DNA from: Chiloscyllium plagiosum
Lineage: Eukaryota
Reading direction: 5' to 3'
NCBI RefSeq assembly: GCF_004010195.1
Contig: NC_057720.1
Span: forward strand, 485,751-538,209
Length of the DNA stretch: 52,459 nucleotides
The notes below the pieces were generated by a model. It did no database searches. It was given only the letters and a program-made list of their open reading frames with translations, and was not told the DNA's origin. This document shows positions 22,310 through 35,277 of the stretch, in pieces. Both the position numbers and the translations under genes were made by a program. Within the stretch, counting starts at the first letter, position 1. Each line of letters begins with the position of its first letter.

Positions 22310-22510
22310 GACAATTGTCAGAAAAGCCCATCGGGTTCATTAATGTCCTTCAGGGAAGGAAACTGCCATCTTTACCTGGTCTGGCCTACATGTTACTCCA
22401 GACTCTCAGCCATGTGGTTGACTCCTAACTGCCCTCTGGGCAATTAGGAATGGGCAATAAATGCTGGCCTAGCTAGTGTTGTACTCTCCCAGTAACGAAT
22501 CAAAAAAAAG
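22310..22510 (+). mobile_element. SINE-B 3' half
   Basis: Shared core and tail ending in an A-rich run. Confidence 0.8.
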
Positions 22511-22547
22511 TGAGGAGATGAGAGAATGAGAATACTGCAATATGAGA

Positions 22548-22897
22548 GGGACAGCTCTGTCGGAGGGTCAGTGCTGAGGGAGTTCTGCACTGTCAGAGGG
22601 TCAGTGCTGATGGAGTGCTGCACTGTCAGAGGGTCAGGGAGTGTTGCACTGTCAAAGGGTCAGTACTGAGATGCGCTGCACTGTAAGAGGGTCAGTGCTG
22701 ATGGAGTGCTGCACTGTCAGAGGGTCAGTGCTGAGGGAGTGCCGCACTGCCAGAGGGTCAGTACTGAGGGAGTGCTGCACTGTCAGAGGGTCAGTGCTGA
22801 GAGAGGGCTGCATTGTCAAAGGGTCAGTACTGAGGGAGCGCTGCACTGTCAGAGGGTCAGTGCTGAGGGAGTGCTGCACTGTCAGAGGGTCAGTGCT
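22548..22897 (+). repeat. 33-bp minisatellite (GTCAGTRCTGAGGGAGTGCTGCACTGTCAGAGG), about 10 copies
   Basis: Periodicity is directly visible and produces the repetitive ORFs at 22641-23065. Confidence 0.95.
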
Positions 22898-24061
22898 ATT
22901 TTTGCTCCACTGCACCATTTGTCCACTTTCAAATGCTTGATAGTCTGTGAAAATGTTGGGATTTGCGAGGCCCTGCCTGGTGTTATGGAAATGCAGAGCC
23001 TGAAGCATTCAGCAACATTTCCTAAACGTCATGGAATAAGTTTTTTTCAGAAGCCTGGAGACTGAACGGAACCACCACCCTTTCCTATTTCTGGTCTGAC
23101 ACCATACTCAATGTGAGATGGAGAATGTTAGTACAATCTCCTCTGAACGTCCCACTAACTTCCACTTTCCAAACATTTATTATTACATCAGCGATTCACT
23201 CTCCAGAGAACCCAGCTCTCATAAACACTTCACCCGCGTTCACTGATCTTGCAATCCCACCCTCAGCTCAGCTCAAAGAAAAAAGCCCCGGAAATCTTTT
23301 AAAACTAACCCCCTCACCCTGGTGCCCAGCCAGGCAGAGCCCTCACTTCCTCTCCCACAATACTGCCCCCCTGGGGTCCCTGTGTAACGGAGCCCCCCTC
23401 TGCACCCTGGGGTCCCTCTGACACTGACTCCTTCCCAACCCTACCCCTACCATCCCTGCGTAACTGGGCCCTCCCCCTGGTGCTCCCACCCAGGGAACTA
23501 TCGGAAAACAGGATCAGGAGGAAATTACTGTCCAGGAGGAACGTTCTCATTCATTTAGTTTCTGATCTGATCCTGATCCAGCCACTTCCTTTGATTCAGC
23601 CTCTCCCAACCAAAGGAAATAGATTCTCCCAACTGACCCAATCAAATCTGATAATAATCTGAAACATTTCAATTCCATCACACTCGAATATTTTAATACT
23701 CCAGTGAGTCTGAGTCTACTCCTTGGAATCTTCTCCTTTTTGCCAATTCCCACGTGATGGAGAGACTGCCCTGAGCTGCTGTTTGGCTGGAGGGGATTGT
23801 GTGTTCGTGCGGGATAGTCCTGCTCACTGAGGAGCTGGATTGCTGTGACATTTTGCCGATTTATATCTGGGAATTGTTCACCAGCGGAAATCTCCATGGG
23901 AAGTAAACAGATTCAGACAATTGTGGCTGTGGAATGAAACACAGGATTGGTCCAGCGACTGATTCAATATAATTCATTTAATAATCAGTTTTAACAGAAA
24001 GAGTTCTCATGGAAAAGGGCAAAGGTTAGTCTCAAATATGACATGAAGTATAAACACATAC

Positions 24062-27000
24062 AATTCTGATGGCTTTGTTAGGGTGTTTGAGAGTTACAAG
24101 TTAGCCAGGAAGGACCTGAAGAGAGAGCGCAGAAGAGCCAGGAGGGGACATGAGAAGTGGTTGACGGGTCGGATCAAGGAAAATCCCAAGGTTTTCTACA
24201 GGGATGTCAGGAATAAAAGAATGACTAGAGTAACATTAGGGCCAATCAAGGACAGTAGTGGGAAGTTGTGCATGGAGTCTGAGGAGATAGGGGAAGCGCT
24301 AAATGAATATTTTTCGTCAGTATTCACACTGGAAAAAGACAATGTTATCAAGGAGAATACTGAGACACAGGCTACTAGACTGGACAGGATTGAGGTTCAC
24401 AAGGAAGAGGTGTTCGCAATTCTGGAAAATGTGAAAATAGATAAGTCCCCTGGGCCAGATGGGATTTATCCTAGGATTCTCTAGGAAGCCAGGGAGGAGA
24501 TTGCAGAGATTTTGGCTTTGATCTTTATGTCATCATTGTCCACAGGAATAGTGCCAGAAGACTGGAGGATAGCAAATGTTGTCCCCTTGTTCAAGGAGAG
24601 TAGAGACAACCCTGGTAATTACAGACCTGTGAGCCTTACTTTAGTTGTGAGTAAAGTGTTGGAAAGGGTTATAAGAGATAGGGTTTATAATCATCTCGAG
24701 AGGAATAGTTTGGTTAGGGATATTCAACACGGTTTTGTGAAGGGTAGGTGGTGCCTCACAAACCTTATTGAGTTCTTTGAGAAGGTGACCAAACAGATGG
24801 ACGAGGGTAAAGTCGTTGATGTGGTGTATATAGATTTCAGCAAGGTATTTGATAAGGTTCAGCACAATAGACTATAGTCATAGTCATAGAGTCATAGAGA
24901 TGTACAGCATGGAAACAGACCCTTCGGTCCAACCTGTCCATGCCGACCAGATATCCAAACCCAATCTAGTCCCACCTGCCAGCACCTGGCCCATATCCCT
25001 CCAAACCCTTCCTACTCATATACCCATCCAGATGTCTTTTAAATGTTGCAATTGTACCAGCCTCCACCACTTCCTCTGGCAGCTCATTCCATACACATAC
25101 CACCCTCTGCGTGAAAAAGTTGTCCCTTAGGTCTCTTTTATATCTTGCCCCTCTCACCCTAAACCTATGCCCTCTNNNNNNNNNNNNNNNNNNNNNNNNN
25201 NNNNNNNNNNNNNNNNNNNNNNNNNNNNNNNNNNNNNNNNNNNNNNNNNNNNNNNNNNNNNNNNNNNNNNNNNNNNNNNNNNNNNNNNNNNNNNNNNNNN
25301 NNNNNNNNNNNNNNNNNNNNNNNNNNNNNNNNNNNNNNNNNNNNNNNNNNNNNNNNNNNNNNNNNNNNNNNNNNNNNNNNNNNNNNNNNNNNNNNNNNNN
25401 NNNNNNNNNNNNNNNNNNNNNNNNNNNNNNNNNNNNNNNNNNNNNNNNNNNNNNNNNNNNNNNNNNNNNNNNNNNNNNNNNNNNNNNNNNNNNNNNNNNN
25501 NNNNNNNNNNNNNNNNNNNNNNNNNNNNNNNNNNNNNNNNNNNNNNNNNNNNNNNNNNNNNNNNNNNNNNNNNNNNNNNNNNNNNNNNNNNNNNNNNNNN
25601 NNNNNNNNNNNNNNNNNNNNNNNNNNNNNNNNNNNNNNNNNNNNNNNNNNNNNNNNNNNNNNNNNNNNNNNNNNNNNNNNNNNNNNNNNNNNNNNNNNNN
25701 NNNNNNNNNNNNNNNNNNNNNNNNNNNNNNNNNNNNNNNNNNNNNNNNNNNNNNNNNNNNNNNNNNNNNNNNNNNNNNNNNNNNNNNNNNNNNNNNNNNN
25801 NNNNNNNNNNNNNNNNNNNNNNNNNNNNNNNNNNNNNNNNNNNNNNNNNNNNNNNNNNNNNNNNNNNNNNNNNNNNNNNNNNNNNNNNNNNNNNNNNNNN
25901 NNNNNNNNNNNNNNNNNNNNNNNNNNNNNNNNNNNNNNNNNNNNNNNNNNNNNNNNNNNNNNNNNNNNNNNNNNNNNNNNNNNNNNNNNNNNNNNNNNNN
26001 NNNNNNNNNNNNNNNNNNNNNNNNNNNNNNNNNNNNNNNNNNNNNNNNNNNCTCTGTAATCTGGACATTTTGCAAGATGTCACCATCTATTTCCCTACAG
26101 TCTATTTCTTCCATATCCTTTTCCACAGTAAATACTGATGCAAAATATTCATTTAGTATCTCCCCCATTTTCTGTGACTCCACACAAAGGCCGCCTTGCT
26201 GATCTTTGAGGGGCCCTATTCTCTCCCTAGTTACTTTTTTGTACTGAATATATTTGTAAAAACCCTTTGGATTCTCCTTAATTCCATTTGCCAAAGCTAT
26301 CTCATGTCCCCGTTTTGCCCTCCTGATTTCCCTCTTAAGTATACTCCTACTGCCTTTATACTCTTCTAAGAATACACTGGATCTATCCTGTCTATACCTG
26401 ACATATGCTTCCTTCTTTTTCTTAACCAAACCCTCAATTTCTTTAGTCATCCAGCATTCCTTATACCTACCAGCCTTCCCTTTCACCCTGACCTGAATAT
26501 ACTTTCTCTGGATTCGTATTATCTCATTTCTGAAGGCTTCCCATTTTCCAGCCGTCCCTTTACCTGCGAACATCTGCCTCCAATCAGCTTTCGAAAGTTC
26601 TTGCCTAATACCGTCAAAATTGGCCTTTCTCCAATTTAGAACATCAACTTTTAGATCTGGTCTATCTGTTTCCATCACTATTTTAAAACGAAGAGAATTA
26701 TGGTCGCTGGCCTCAAAGTGCTCCCCCACTGACACCTCAGTCACCTACTGCACAAAATACAGAGGCATGGGATTGAGGATACATTAGCGGTTTGGATCAG
26801 AAATTGGCTAGCTGAAAGAAGACAGAGCGTGGTGGTTTGTGGGAGATATTCATCCTGAAGTTCAATTACCAGTGGGGTACCACAAGGATCTATTTTGGGG
26901 GCCACTGCTGATGGCATTTTTACAATTCGAGTGGATGACACTAAGGTCGGTGGAGCTGTGGATAATGCCGAAGGATGTTGTAGGTTACAGAGAGACATAT

Positions 27001-27080
27001 ATAAGCTGCAGAGCTGGGCTGAGAGGTGGCAAATGGAGATTAATGCTGAAAAGTGTGAGGTACTTCACTTTGGAAGGTAA
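24062..27080 (+). mobile_element. CR1 ORF2 fragment (24062-24875 and 26747-27080) split by a younger antisense CR1
   Basis: The left part ends FDKVQHNRL and the right part resumes LHKIQRHGIE, which is contiguous in the sister copy at 31998-32696. Confidence 0.9.
24876..26746 (-). mobile_element. Young CR1, 5'-truncated at the endonuclease C-terminus
   Basis: Open frame from GEHFEASDHNSLRF to the gap, then RGHRFRVRG...AGRWD* after it. Tail is (TCTATGAC)n. Confidence 0.95.
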
Positions 27081-27631
27081 TACTCACATTTGAAGAATGG
27101 ACTTATTATTGACAGTCAGTGAGGCTTTATGNNNNNNNNNNNNNNNNNNNNNNNNNNNNNNNNNNNNNNNNNNNNNNNNNNNNNNNNNNNNNNNNNNNNN
27201 NNNNNNNNNNNNNNNNNNNNNNNNNNNNNNNNNNNNNNNNNNNNNNNNNNNNNNNNNNNNNNNNNNNNNNNNNNNNNNNNNNNNNNNNNNNNNNNNNNNN
27301 NNNNNNNNNNNNNNNNNNNNNNNNNNNNNNNNNNNNNNNNNNNNNNNNNNNNNNNNNNNNNNNNNNNNNNNNNNNNNNNNNNNNNNNNNNNNNNNNNNNN
27401 NNNNNNNNNNNNNNNNNNNNNNNNNNNNNNNNNNNNNNNNNNNNNNNNNNNNNNNNNNNNNNNNNNNNNNNNNNNNNNNNNNNNNNNNNNNNNNNNNNNN
27501 NNNNNNNNNNNNNNNNNNNNNNNNNNNNNNNNNNNNNNNNNNNNNNNNNNNNNNNNNNNNNNNNNNNNNNNNNNNNNNNNNNNNNNNNNNNNNNNNNNNN
27601 NNNNNNNNNNNNNNNNNNNNNNNNNNNNNNN

Positions 27632-27830
27632 GGTCACATATCGGCCAGACCAGGTAAAGACAACAGTTTCTTTCCTTGAAGGACATTAGTGACCCAGATG
27701 GGTTTTAAACAATAATCAAGGAAAGATTCATGGTCACAGATTTTATGGTCATTGATATCGCAGATTTTATTAACTGTACTTAAATGCTCTCAGGTGATGG
27801 TGGGTTTTGAACCAACTTCCCCACAGCATT
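27632..27830 (-). mobile_element. SINE-B fragment
   Basis: GTCACATATCGGCCAGACCAGGTAAAGA... is the reverse complement of the SINE-B core. Confidence 0.65.
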
Positions 27831-28384
27831 AGCACTGGGCCACCATTTTCCCTTTGACGAAGCCAATCAAATCCAGAGACCATTCTGTGAGCAGATACAG
27901 GGAACAGGATAGTTGTGTGATTTTTTTTTCAGATGGGAAGCTAACAAATGGAATTGCTGTAGAACAGCTGTACACATATGGAAGCTTCTGCAAATATTTG
28001 CTGGGAAGTTGCCTCAGAGCAGAGAACTTCTGAAGGATGGATATGAAGTGTTAAGTGACAAAGCTCCTACATTCAGTCACTGGAACACGCAAACATAACA
28101 GACGTGGGGACAGTGTAGCCCCCACTAGCATGTGGCCACTGCTCAGCTTTCAATCAGTTCTGTTCGGCAGTGGCCAGAAAAGGCCATTGTCAGAGGCTGG
28201 TGCAACCACAAATAGGCAGGCACTGACCAGACTGTGTACCAGGGGCACCTTCAAATGCTGTGGATGGTACAAACCTTGATCAGATTGTAAGCTGTGAGTA
28301 GGGCAGTGTGGAACTCTGACAGGACATTGACCGTCAGTGGAGTGGACTGATCGGTGCGGGGTCAGGTGGGGTGGGGTTGGGGAG

Positions 28385-29385
28385 AATGAGATTAATGCTG
28401 TGAAGTGTGAGGTGATGCACTTTGGTTGGAAGAACATTAAAAAACAAAATTAAACAAGGGGTACGATTGTAAAAGGGCAGCAGCAGCAGAGGGAACTGGG
28501 TGCATTTGTGCACAAATCATCGAAGGTGGCAGGACAGGTGTAGACAGCAGTAATAAAGCACAGCGTTATTAATACGGTCACAGAGTACAAGAACAAGGAG
28601 ACCATAAGAAACAGGAGCATGGGGAGGCCATTCAGCCCCTCGAGCCTGCTCCACCTTTCAATACGATTAGATTCCCAACAGTGTGGAAACAGGCCCTTCG
28701 GCCCAACAAGTCCGAAGAGTAACCCACCCAGACTCATTTCCTTATACTTACTCCTGACTAATTGACCTAACACTATGGACAATTTAGCCCACAGAGAGAA
28801 TGTGCAAACTCCACACAGACAGTCACCTGAGGCTGGAATTGAACCCGGGTCCCTGGCGCTGTGAGGCAGCAGTGCTAACCACTGAGCCACTGTGCTGCCC
28901 TAGCTGATCCAATATTCTTCACGTCCACTTTCCTGTCCTTTCCCCATGATACTGATTCCCTGACTGATCAAATCTCTCTCGCTCTTGGCCTTAAATATAC
29001 ACAAGCACTCTGCTCCCAACAGCTCCCTTTGGCAAGGAGTTCTGAAGACTCACCTCAGACAGAAGAAATTCTTCCTCATCTCAGTCTTTAATTGGTGCCC
29101 CTTTATTCTGAGACTGTGCCCTCTCGTTCTAGACTCTCCCATGAGGAGAAACATTCTCTCAGCATTGACCTTGTTAAGCCGTTAGAATCCTCAATGTTTC
29201 AATCAGATTACCTCTCAATATTGTAAACCTCAGTGAGTAAAGTCCCAAGCTGTTTGGAAGGCGATGTTGAACCCGTACAAGACACTTGCTGATCTCAGCT
29301 GGAGAACCGTGTACAGTTCAGGGCACCACATTACAGGTAAGATGCCAACAATATTGGAGAGTGCGCAGAAATAATTCACAACTAT
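28385..29385. mobile_element. Triple nest: plus CR1 containing a minus CR1 3' end (about 28600-29255), which contains a minus HE1 SINE (about 28665-28900)
   Basis: Each host sequence resumes after its insert. HE1 A/B boxes are at about 28835-28895. Confidence 0.75.
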
Positions 29386-29389
29386 AGAT

Positions 29390-30790
29390 AAAAATCAAAC
29401 AAACCATGGATGATCTAACCAGAGACTGGAAAAGCTCAGCAGGTCAGGCAGCCTTGGAAATGCGATAGGTGGAAGGAGGTCAAGGTGAGGGTGATAGGTC
29501 GGAGTGTCACGGTGGCACAGTGGTTAGCACTGCTGCCTCACAGCGCTAGAGATCCGGGTTCAATTCCCGCCTCAGGCGACTGACTGTGTGGAGTTTGCAC
29601 GTTCTCCCCGTGTCTGCGTGGGTTTCCTCCGGGTGCTCCGGTTTCCTCCCACAGTCCAAAGNNNNNNNNNNNNNNNNNNNNNNNNNNNNNNNNNNNNNNN
29701 NNNNNNNNNNNNNNNNNNNNNNNNNNNNNNNNNNNNNNNNNNNNNNNNNNNNNNNNNNNNNNNNNNNNNNNNNNNNNNNNNNNNNNNNNNNNNNNNNNNN
29801 NNNNNNNNNNNNNNNNNNNNNNNNNNNNNNNNNNNNNNNNNNNNNNNNNNNNNNNNNNNNNNNNNNNNNNNNNNNNNNNNNNNNNNNNNNNNNNNNNNNN
29901 NNNNNNNNNNNNNNNNNNNNNNNNNNNNNNNNNNNNNNNNNNNNNNNNNNNNNNNNNNNNNNNNNNNNNNNNNNNNNNNNNNNNNNNNNNNNNNNNNNNN
30001 NNNNNNNNNNNNNNNNNNNNNNNNNNNNNNNNNNNNNNNNNNNNNNNNNNNNNNNNNNNNNNNNNNNNNNNNNNNNNNNNNNNNNNNNNNNNNNNNNNNN
30101 NNNNNNNNNNNNNNNNNNNNNNNNNNNNNNNNNNNNNNNNNNNNNNNNNNNNNNNNNNNNNNNNNNNNNNNNNNNNNNNNNNNNNNNNNNNNNNNNNNNN
30201 NNNNNNNNNNNNNNNNNNNNNNNNNNNNNNNNNNNNNNNNCCGCCTTCCTAACCTGCAATCTTCTTCCTGACCTCTCCGCCCCCATCCCAGTCTGACCTA
30301 TCACCCTCACCTTGACCTCCTTCCATCTATCACATTTCCGACGCCCCTCCCCCAAGTCCCTCCTCCCCACCTTTTATCTTAGCCTGCTAGACACACTTTC
30401 CTCATTCCTGAAGAAGGGCTTATGCCCGAAACGTCGATTCTCCTGTTCCCTGGATGCTGCCTGACCTGCTGCGCTTTTCCAGCAACACATTTTCAGCTTG
30501 TTATCACACAGTCTGCTATTAAACACAACCGATTGTTAGCCACCAACAGTCTCCATTAACAGCTCTTCACCCTCCCAGCCAGATCGGTATGTTCTTCTCT
30601 CTCTTTGCACTCTATCCCTATCTATCATTACTCCTTACCCCACCATATCTTCTGCATATAAACCAACTTTTCCAAATAATCATCAATTCTGAGGAAGGGC
30701 CACCAGATCTGAAATGTTGATTCTGATTTCTCCCCACAGGTGCTGCCAGAATTGCTGAGATTTTTCCAATAGTTTCTATTTTTGTCTTGC
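29390..30790. mobile_element. PLE terminal-repeat cluster (inverted arms) with an HE1 SINE at 29507-29661
   Basis: 29456-29505 is approximately the reverse complement of 30290-30340. Hammerhead motifs lie at 30404 and, degenerate, near 30687. Confidence 0.7.
30404..30439 (+). ncRNA. Minimal hammerhead ribozyme motif with intact core
   Basis: attc-CTGAAGA-a-GGGC-ttat-GCCC-GAAA-cg-TC-gatt, with a GUC cleavage triplet and an ACGT palindrome in stem III. Confidence 0.7.
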
Positions 30791-30806
30791 AAAAAAGATT
30801 TCACAG

Positions 30807-33000
30807 ATAGAACATAGAACATTACAGCGCAGTACAGGCCCTTCGGCCCTCAATGTTGTGCCAACCTGTGGAACCAATCTGAAGCACATCTATCCGACAC
30901 TATTCCATTATCATCCATATGTTTATCCAATGACCATTTAAATGCCCTTAAAGTTGGTGAGTCTACTACTGTTACAGGCAGTGCATTCCATACCCCTACT
31001 ACTCTCTGGGTAAAGAAATGACCTCTGACATCAGTCCAATATCTATCAACCCTCAGTTTAAATCTATGTCCCCTTGTGCTAGCCATCACCATCTGAGGAA
31101 AAGGGCTCTTGCTGTCCACCCTATCTAACCCTCTGATTATCCTGTATGTCTCAATTAAGTCACCTCTCAAACTTCTTCTCTCTAACAAAAACAGCCTCAA
31201 GTCCCTCAGCCTTTCCTCTTCCCTCCATACCCGACAACATCCTGGTAAATCTCCTCTGAATCTCCCAGAGATGGTGGGTGTGTGGAATGCTCTGCCCCAG
31301 AGGGCAGTGGAGGCCCAGTCTCTGGATTCATTTAAGAAAGAGTTGAATAGAGCTCTCAAGGATTGTGGAATCAAGGGTTATGGAGATAAGGCAGGAACAG
31401 GATACTGATTGAGGATGATCAGCCATGATCATAATGAATGGTGGTGCTGGCTCAAAGGGCAGAATGGCCTACTCCTGCACCTATTGTCTATTGAACACTT
31501 TCCAAAGCTTCCACATCCTTCCTATAATGTGGTGACCAGAACTGTACGCAATACTTCAAGTGCAGCCGCACCAGAGTTTTGTACAGCTGCAACATGACCT
31601 CATGGCTCCAAAACTCAATCCTTCTATCAATAAAAGCTAATATGCTCTATACCCTCTTAACAACCCCATCAACCTGAGTGGCACATTTCTGGGATCTACG
31701 TACTTGGACACAGAGATCTCTCTGTTCATCGACACGATCAAGAATCTTACCATTAGCCCAGTACTCTATATTCCTGTTACTCCTTCCAAAGTGAATCATC
31801 TCAAACGTTTCCACATCAAACTCCATTTGCCACCTCTCAGCCCAGCTCTGCAGCTTATCTATGTTTCTCTGTAACCCACAACATCCCTCAGCACTATTCA
31901 CAACTTTACCTACCTTAGTGTAATCCACAAATTTACTAACCCATCCTTTTAAGCCCACATTTAGGTCATTTATAAAAATAACAAACAGCAGTGGCCTCTA
32001 AACAGGTCCTTGTGGTAACCCACTAGTAACTGAACTCCAGGATGAATATTTCCCACAAACCACCACCCTCTGTCTTCTTTCAGCTAGCCAATTTCTGATC
32101 CAAACCACTAAATCCCCCTCAATCCCATGCCTCTGTATTTTGTGCAATAGCCTACCGTGGGGAACCTTATCAAACACCTTACTGAAATCCACATACACCA
32201 CATCAATCGCTTTACCCTCATCCACCTGTTTGGTCACCTTCTCAAAGAATTCATTAAGGTTTGTGAGGCATGACTCACCCTTCACAAAACTGTGTTGACT
32301 ACCCCTAATCAAACTATTCCTTTCTAGATGATTATAAACGCTATCTCTTATAACCCTTTCCAACACTTTGCCCACAACTGAAGTCAGGCTCATTAGTCTA
32401 TAATTACCAGGATTGTCTCTACTCCTCTTCTTGAACAAGGGAACAGCATTTGCTATCCTCCAGTCTTCTGGCATTATCCCTGTAGACAATGATGACATAA
32501 AGATCAAAGCCAAAGACTCTGTAATCTCCTCCCTGGCTTCCCAGAGAATCCCAGGACTAATCCCATCCAGCCCAGGGGACGTATCTATTTTCACACTTTC
32601 CAGAATTGCTAACACCTCCTCCTTGTGAACCTCAATCCCGTCCAGTCTAGCAGTCTGTATCTCAGTATTCTCTTCCACAACAATGCCTTTTTCCACTGTG
32701 AATACTGAAGAAAAATATTAATTTAGTGCTTCCCCTATCTCCTCTGACTCCACACACAACTTTCCACTATTATCCTTGATTGGGCCTAAGCTTACTCTAG
32801 TCATTCTTTCATTCCTGATATACCTATAGAAAGCCTTGGGATTTTTCTTGATCCTATTTGCCAAAGGCTTCTCATGTCCCCTCCTAGCTCTTCCAGCTCT
32901 CTCTTTAGGTCTTTCCTGGCTAACCTGTGACTTTCACGCACCCGAACTGAGCCTTCACATCTCATCCTAACATACGCTGCCTTCTTCCTCTTGACAAAGA
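30807..33000 (-). mobile_element. CR1 LINE, about 2 kb, with another CR1 3' end inserted on plus (31261-31491)
   Basis: The 232-aa RT ORF at 31998-32696 and a (TTCTATG)n tail. The insert is flanked by TGAA at 31257-31260 and 31492-31495. Confidence 0.95.
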
Positions 33001-33071
33001 AGCTTAAATCATGAGGATAAATTTAAGTCGGGTCTGTCTCTTTAGGGGAAGAAGTTAAAATTCCTAAAACC

Positions 33072-33365
33072 TACAGTGTGGAAACAGGCCCTTTGGCCCA
33101 ACAAGTCCACACTGACCCTGTGAAGAGTAATTCACCCAAACCCATTTCCCTACCCTATTATCGTATATTTATCCCTGACTAATGCATCTAACCTATACAT
33201 CCTTGAACACTATGGGGCAATTTAGCATGGCCAATTTACCTGACCTGCAGATCTTTGGATTGTGTGATGAAACCGGAGCACCCGGAGGAAACCCACACAG
33301 ACACGGGGAGAATGTGCAAACTCCACACAGTCAGTCGCCTAAGGCTGGAATCGAACCTGGGTCCC
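33072..33365 (-). mobile_element. HE1-type V-SINE, head truncated
   Basis: B box, V-domain and tail on the minus strand. Confidence 0.85.
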
Positions 33366-34015
33366 AACCACATGGAAGAGAAATCTAAGAAGAATTTGAA
33401 AAAGGTTTGCAAAATCATGAGGGGCTTGGACTGAGTAGACAGGGAGAATCCACTCAGAAACAGAATGATTTCAATGTGCAAAAGCAGCAAGGGTGTGTGA
33501 GGGAAACTATTTTCACCCAACAAAGGTCTGGAATATATTGTCTGGAAATGTAATGGAGGCAGGTTCAACTGAGTCATTCAAGAGGGAATCGGATGATTAT
33601 TTAAAGAGAATAAATGTGTAGTGATAGAGGAAAGAAGCAGGAGATTGGCACAATATGATAATGCTCATCTAAAGAGGAAGTGCAGAGACAATGGGCTGAA
33701 TGGCCTCTCGTTGCACTGTGATACTTTTGTGATTCTGAACTTTAAAGTGTTCTGAAAGCTCTTAAAGAAAACAGTTAATGAAAGAGGATTTATACCAGAA
33801 ACAGTTTGAGGAAACAGGCCAGTCAGTGGCTAATGCGAAGGGGAACAAGACTGAAATGTGTGTGTGGAACCACGTAGCAGGCCCTTGACAAAGAGGAACA
33901 CCAGACAGCATCCCTGCTGACTGTGGGAATGAACATCATATTCAGCAAAATTCACCGAATGAGATCTGAACGTGTCAACTAAATTTCCACATTACAGAGA
34001 GTCACAGACTGACTT

Positions 34016-34340
34016 TTAGATTAGATTAGATTACTTACAGTGTGGAAACAGGCCCTTCGGCCCAACAAGTCCACACCGACCCGCCGAAGCGTAACCAACC
34101 CAGACCCATTCTCCTACATTTAACCCTTCACCTAACACTACGGGCAATTTAGCGTGGCCAATTCACCTAACCTGCACATTTTTTGGATTGTGGGAGGAAA
34201 TCGGACCATCCAGAGGAAACCCACGCAGACACGGGGAGAATGTGCAAACTCCACACAGAGAGTCGCCTGAGGCGGGAATTGAACCCGGGTCTCTGGCGCT
34301 GTGAAGCAGCAGTGCTAACCACTGTGCTACCGTGCCGCCC
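34016..34340 (-). mobile_element. HE1-type V-SINE, full length, young subfamily
   Basis: Runs from GGGCGGCACGGT to ...ACACTGTAAGTAATCTAATCTAA on the minus strand. Confidence 0.95.
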
Positions 34341-34964
34341 ACGACTTGTTGCTGTCAACAGTTAAACTTCCATTTGCAAAGCATGGCATGCTGCATGTCC
34401 TGTGTATACAATGCTGTGACTGTGTCTGACGCACACACACCATGTGAAGGGACATTGGCATCAAACATGTACCAGCTTGTATGAACCCTCTTGGCACATC
34501 CCCAATCCACTTACAGGAAGCTCTGTCAGTTCAATGCTGCCCCTCCTGCTGTCTGGGGAACTCTCACTGTAACATGCAAGGGCATAGAGACATAAAAGAA
34601 GAGAAGATCATTCAGCCCCTTGGGCCTGCTCCGCCACCCAATATGATCACGGCTGACCGTCGAACTCAACACCCTGACCCTGCCCTTCCCCCATCTCCCT
34701 TGATCCTCCGCAGCTGGATCTGCCTCCTTCTTGAAAACAGAGTATTTTGGCCAAATGACTTTCTGTGGCAGAGAATTCCCCCGGTTCCCCCCCCTCCCCC
34801 CCCGGGTGAAGACATTTTTCCACATCCCAGTCCGAAATGACCTACCCCTAGTCCTGGATTGGGAACATCGTTCGTGCATTTAATCTGTCTGGTCCTGTTC
34901 ACGTTTTAGAGATTTCTATGAGATTCCCCTCATTCTTCTAAACTCCACGGATTACAATCCAAAT

Positions 34965-35277
34965 GGGGGCAGCACGGTGGCTCAGTGGTTAGCACTGCTG
35001 TCTCACAGCAGTAGAAATCTGGGTTCAATTCCAGCCTTGAGCGACTGTCTGTGTGGAGTTTGCACACTCTCCCCGTGTCTGCGTGGGTTTCCTCTGGGTG
35101 CTCTGGTTTCCTCCCACAGTCCAAGGATGTGCAGTTTAGGGTGGATTGGCCATAGAAAATGCAGGGTTACAGGGGTAGGACAGGGGATTGGGTCTGGGTG
35201 GGATGTTCTTCAGAGGGTCAGTGCGAACCCGATGGGCTGAATGGCCTGCTTCCACACTGTAGCAGTTCTATGATCTA
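34965..35277 (+). mobile_element. HE1-type V-SINE inserted in CR1
   Basis: A/B boxes, V-domain and tail. Confidence 0.9.

Noticed and set aside
22548..22897. CRISPR-like array (also considered 41990-42110)
   Set aside because: Head-to-tail repeats with no unique spacers, no cas genes, and a vertebrate context.
24966..26744. 592-aa ORF as an intact autonomous CR1
   Set aside because: About half is X from an N gap and the element is 5'-truncated.
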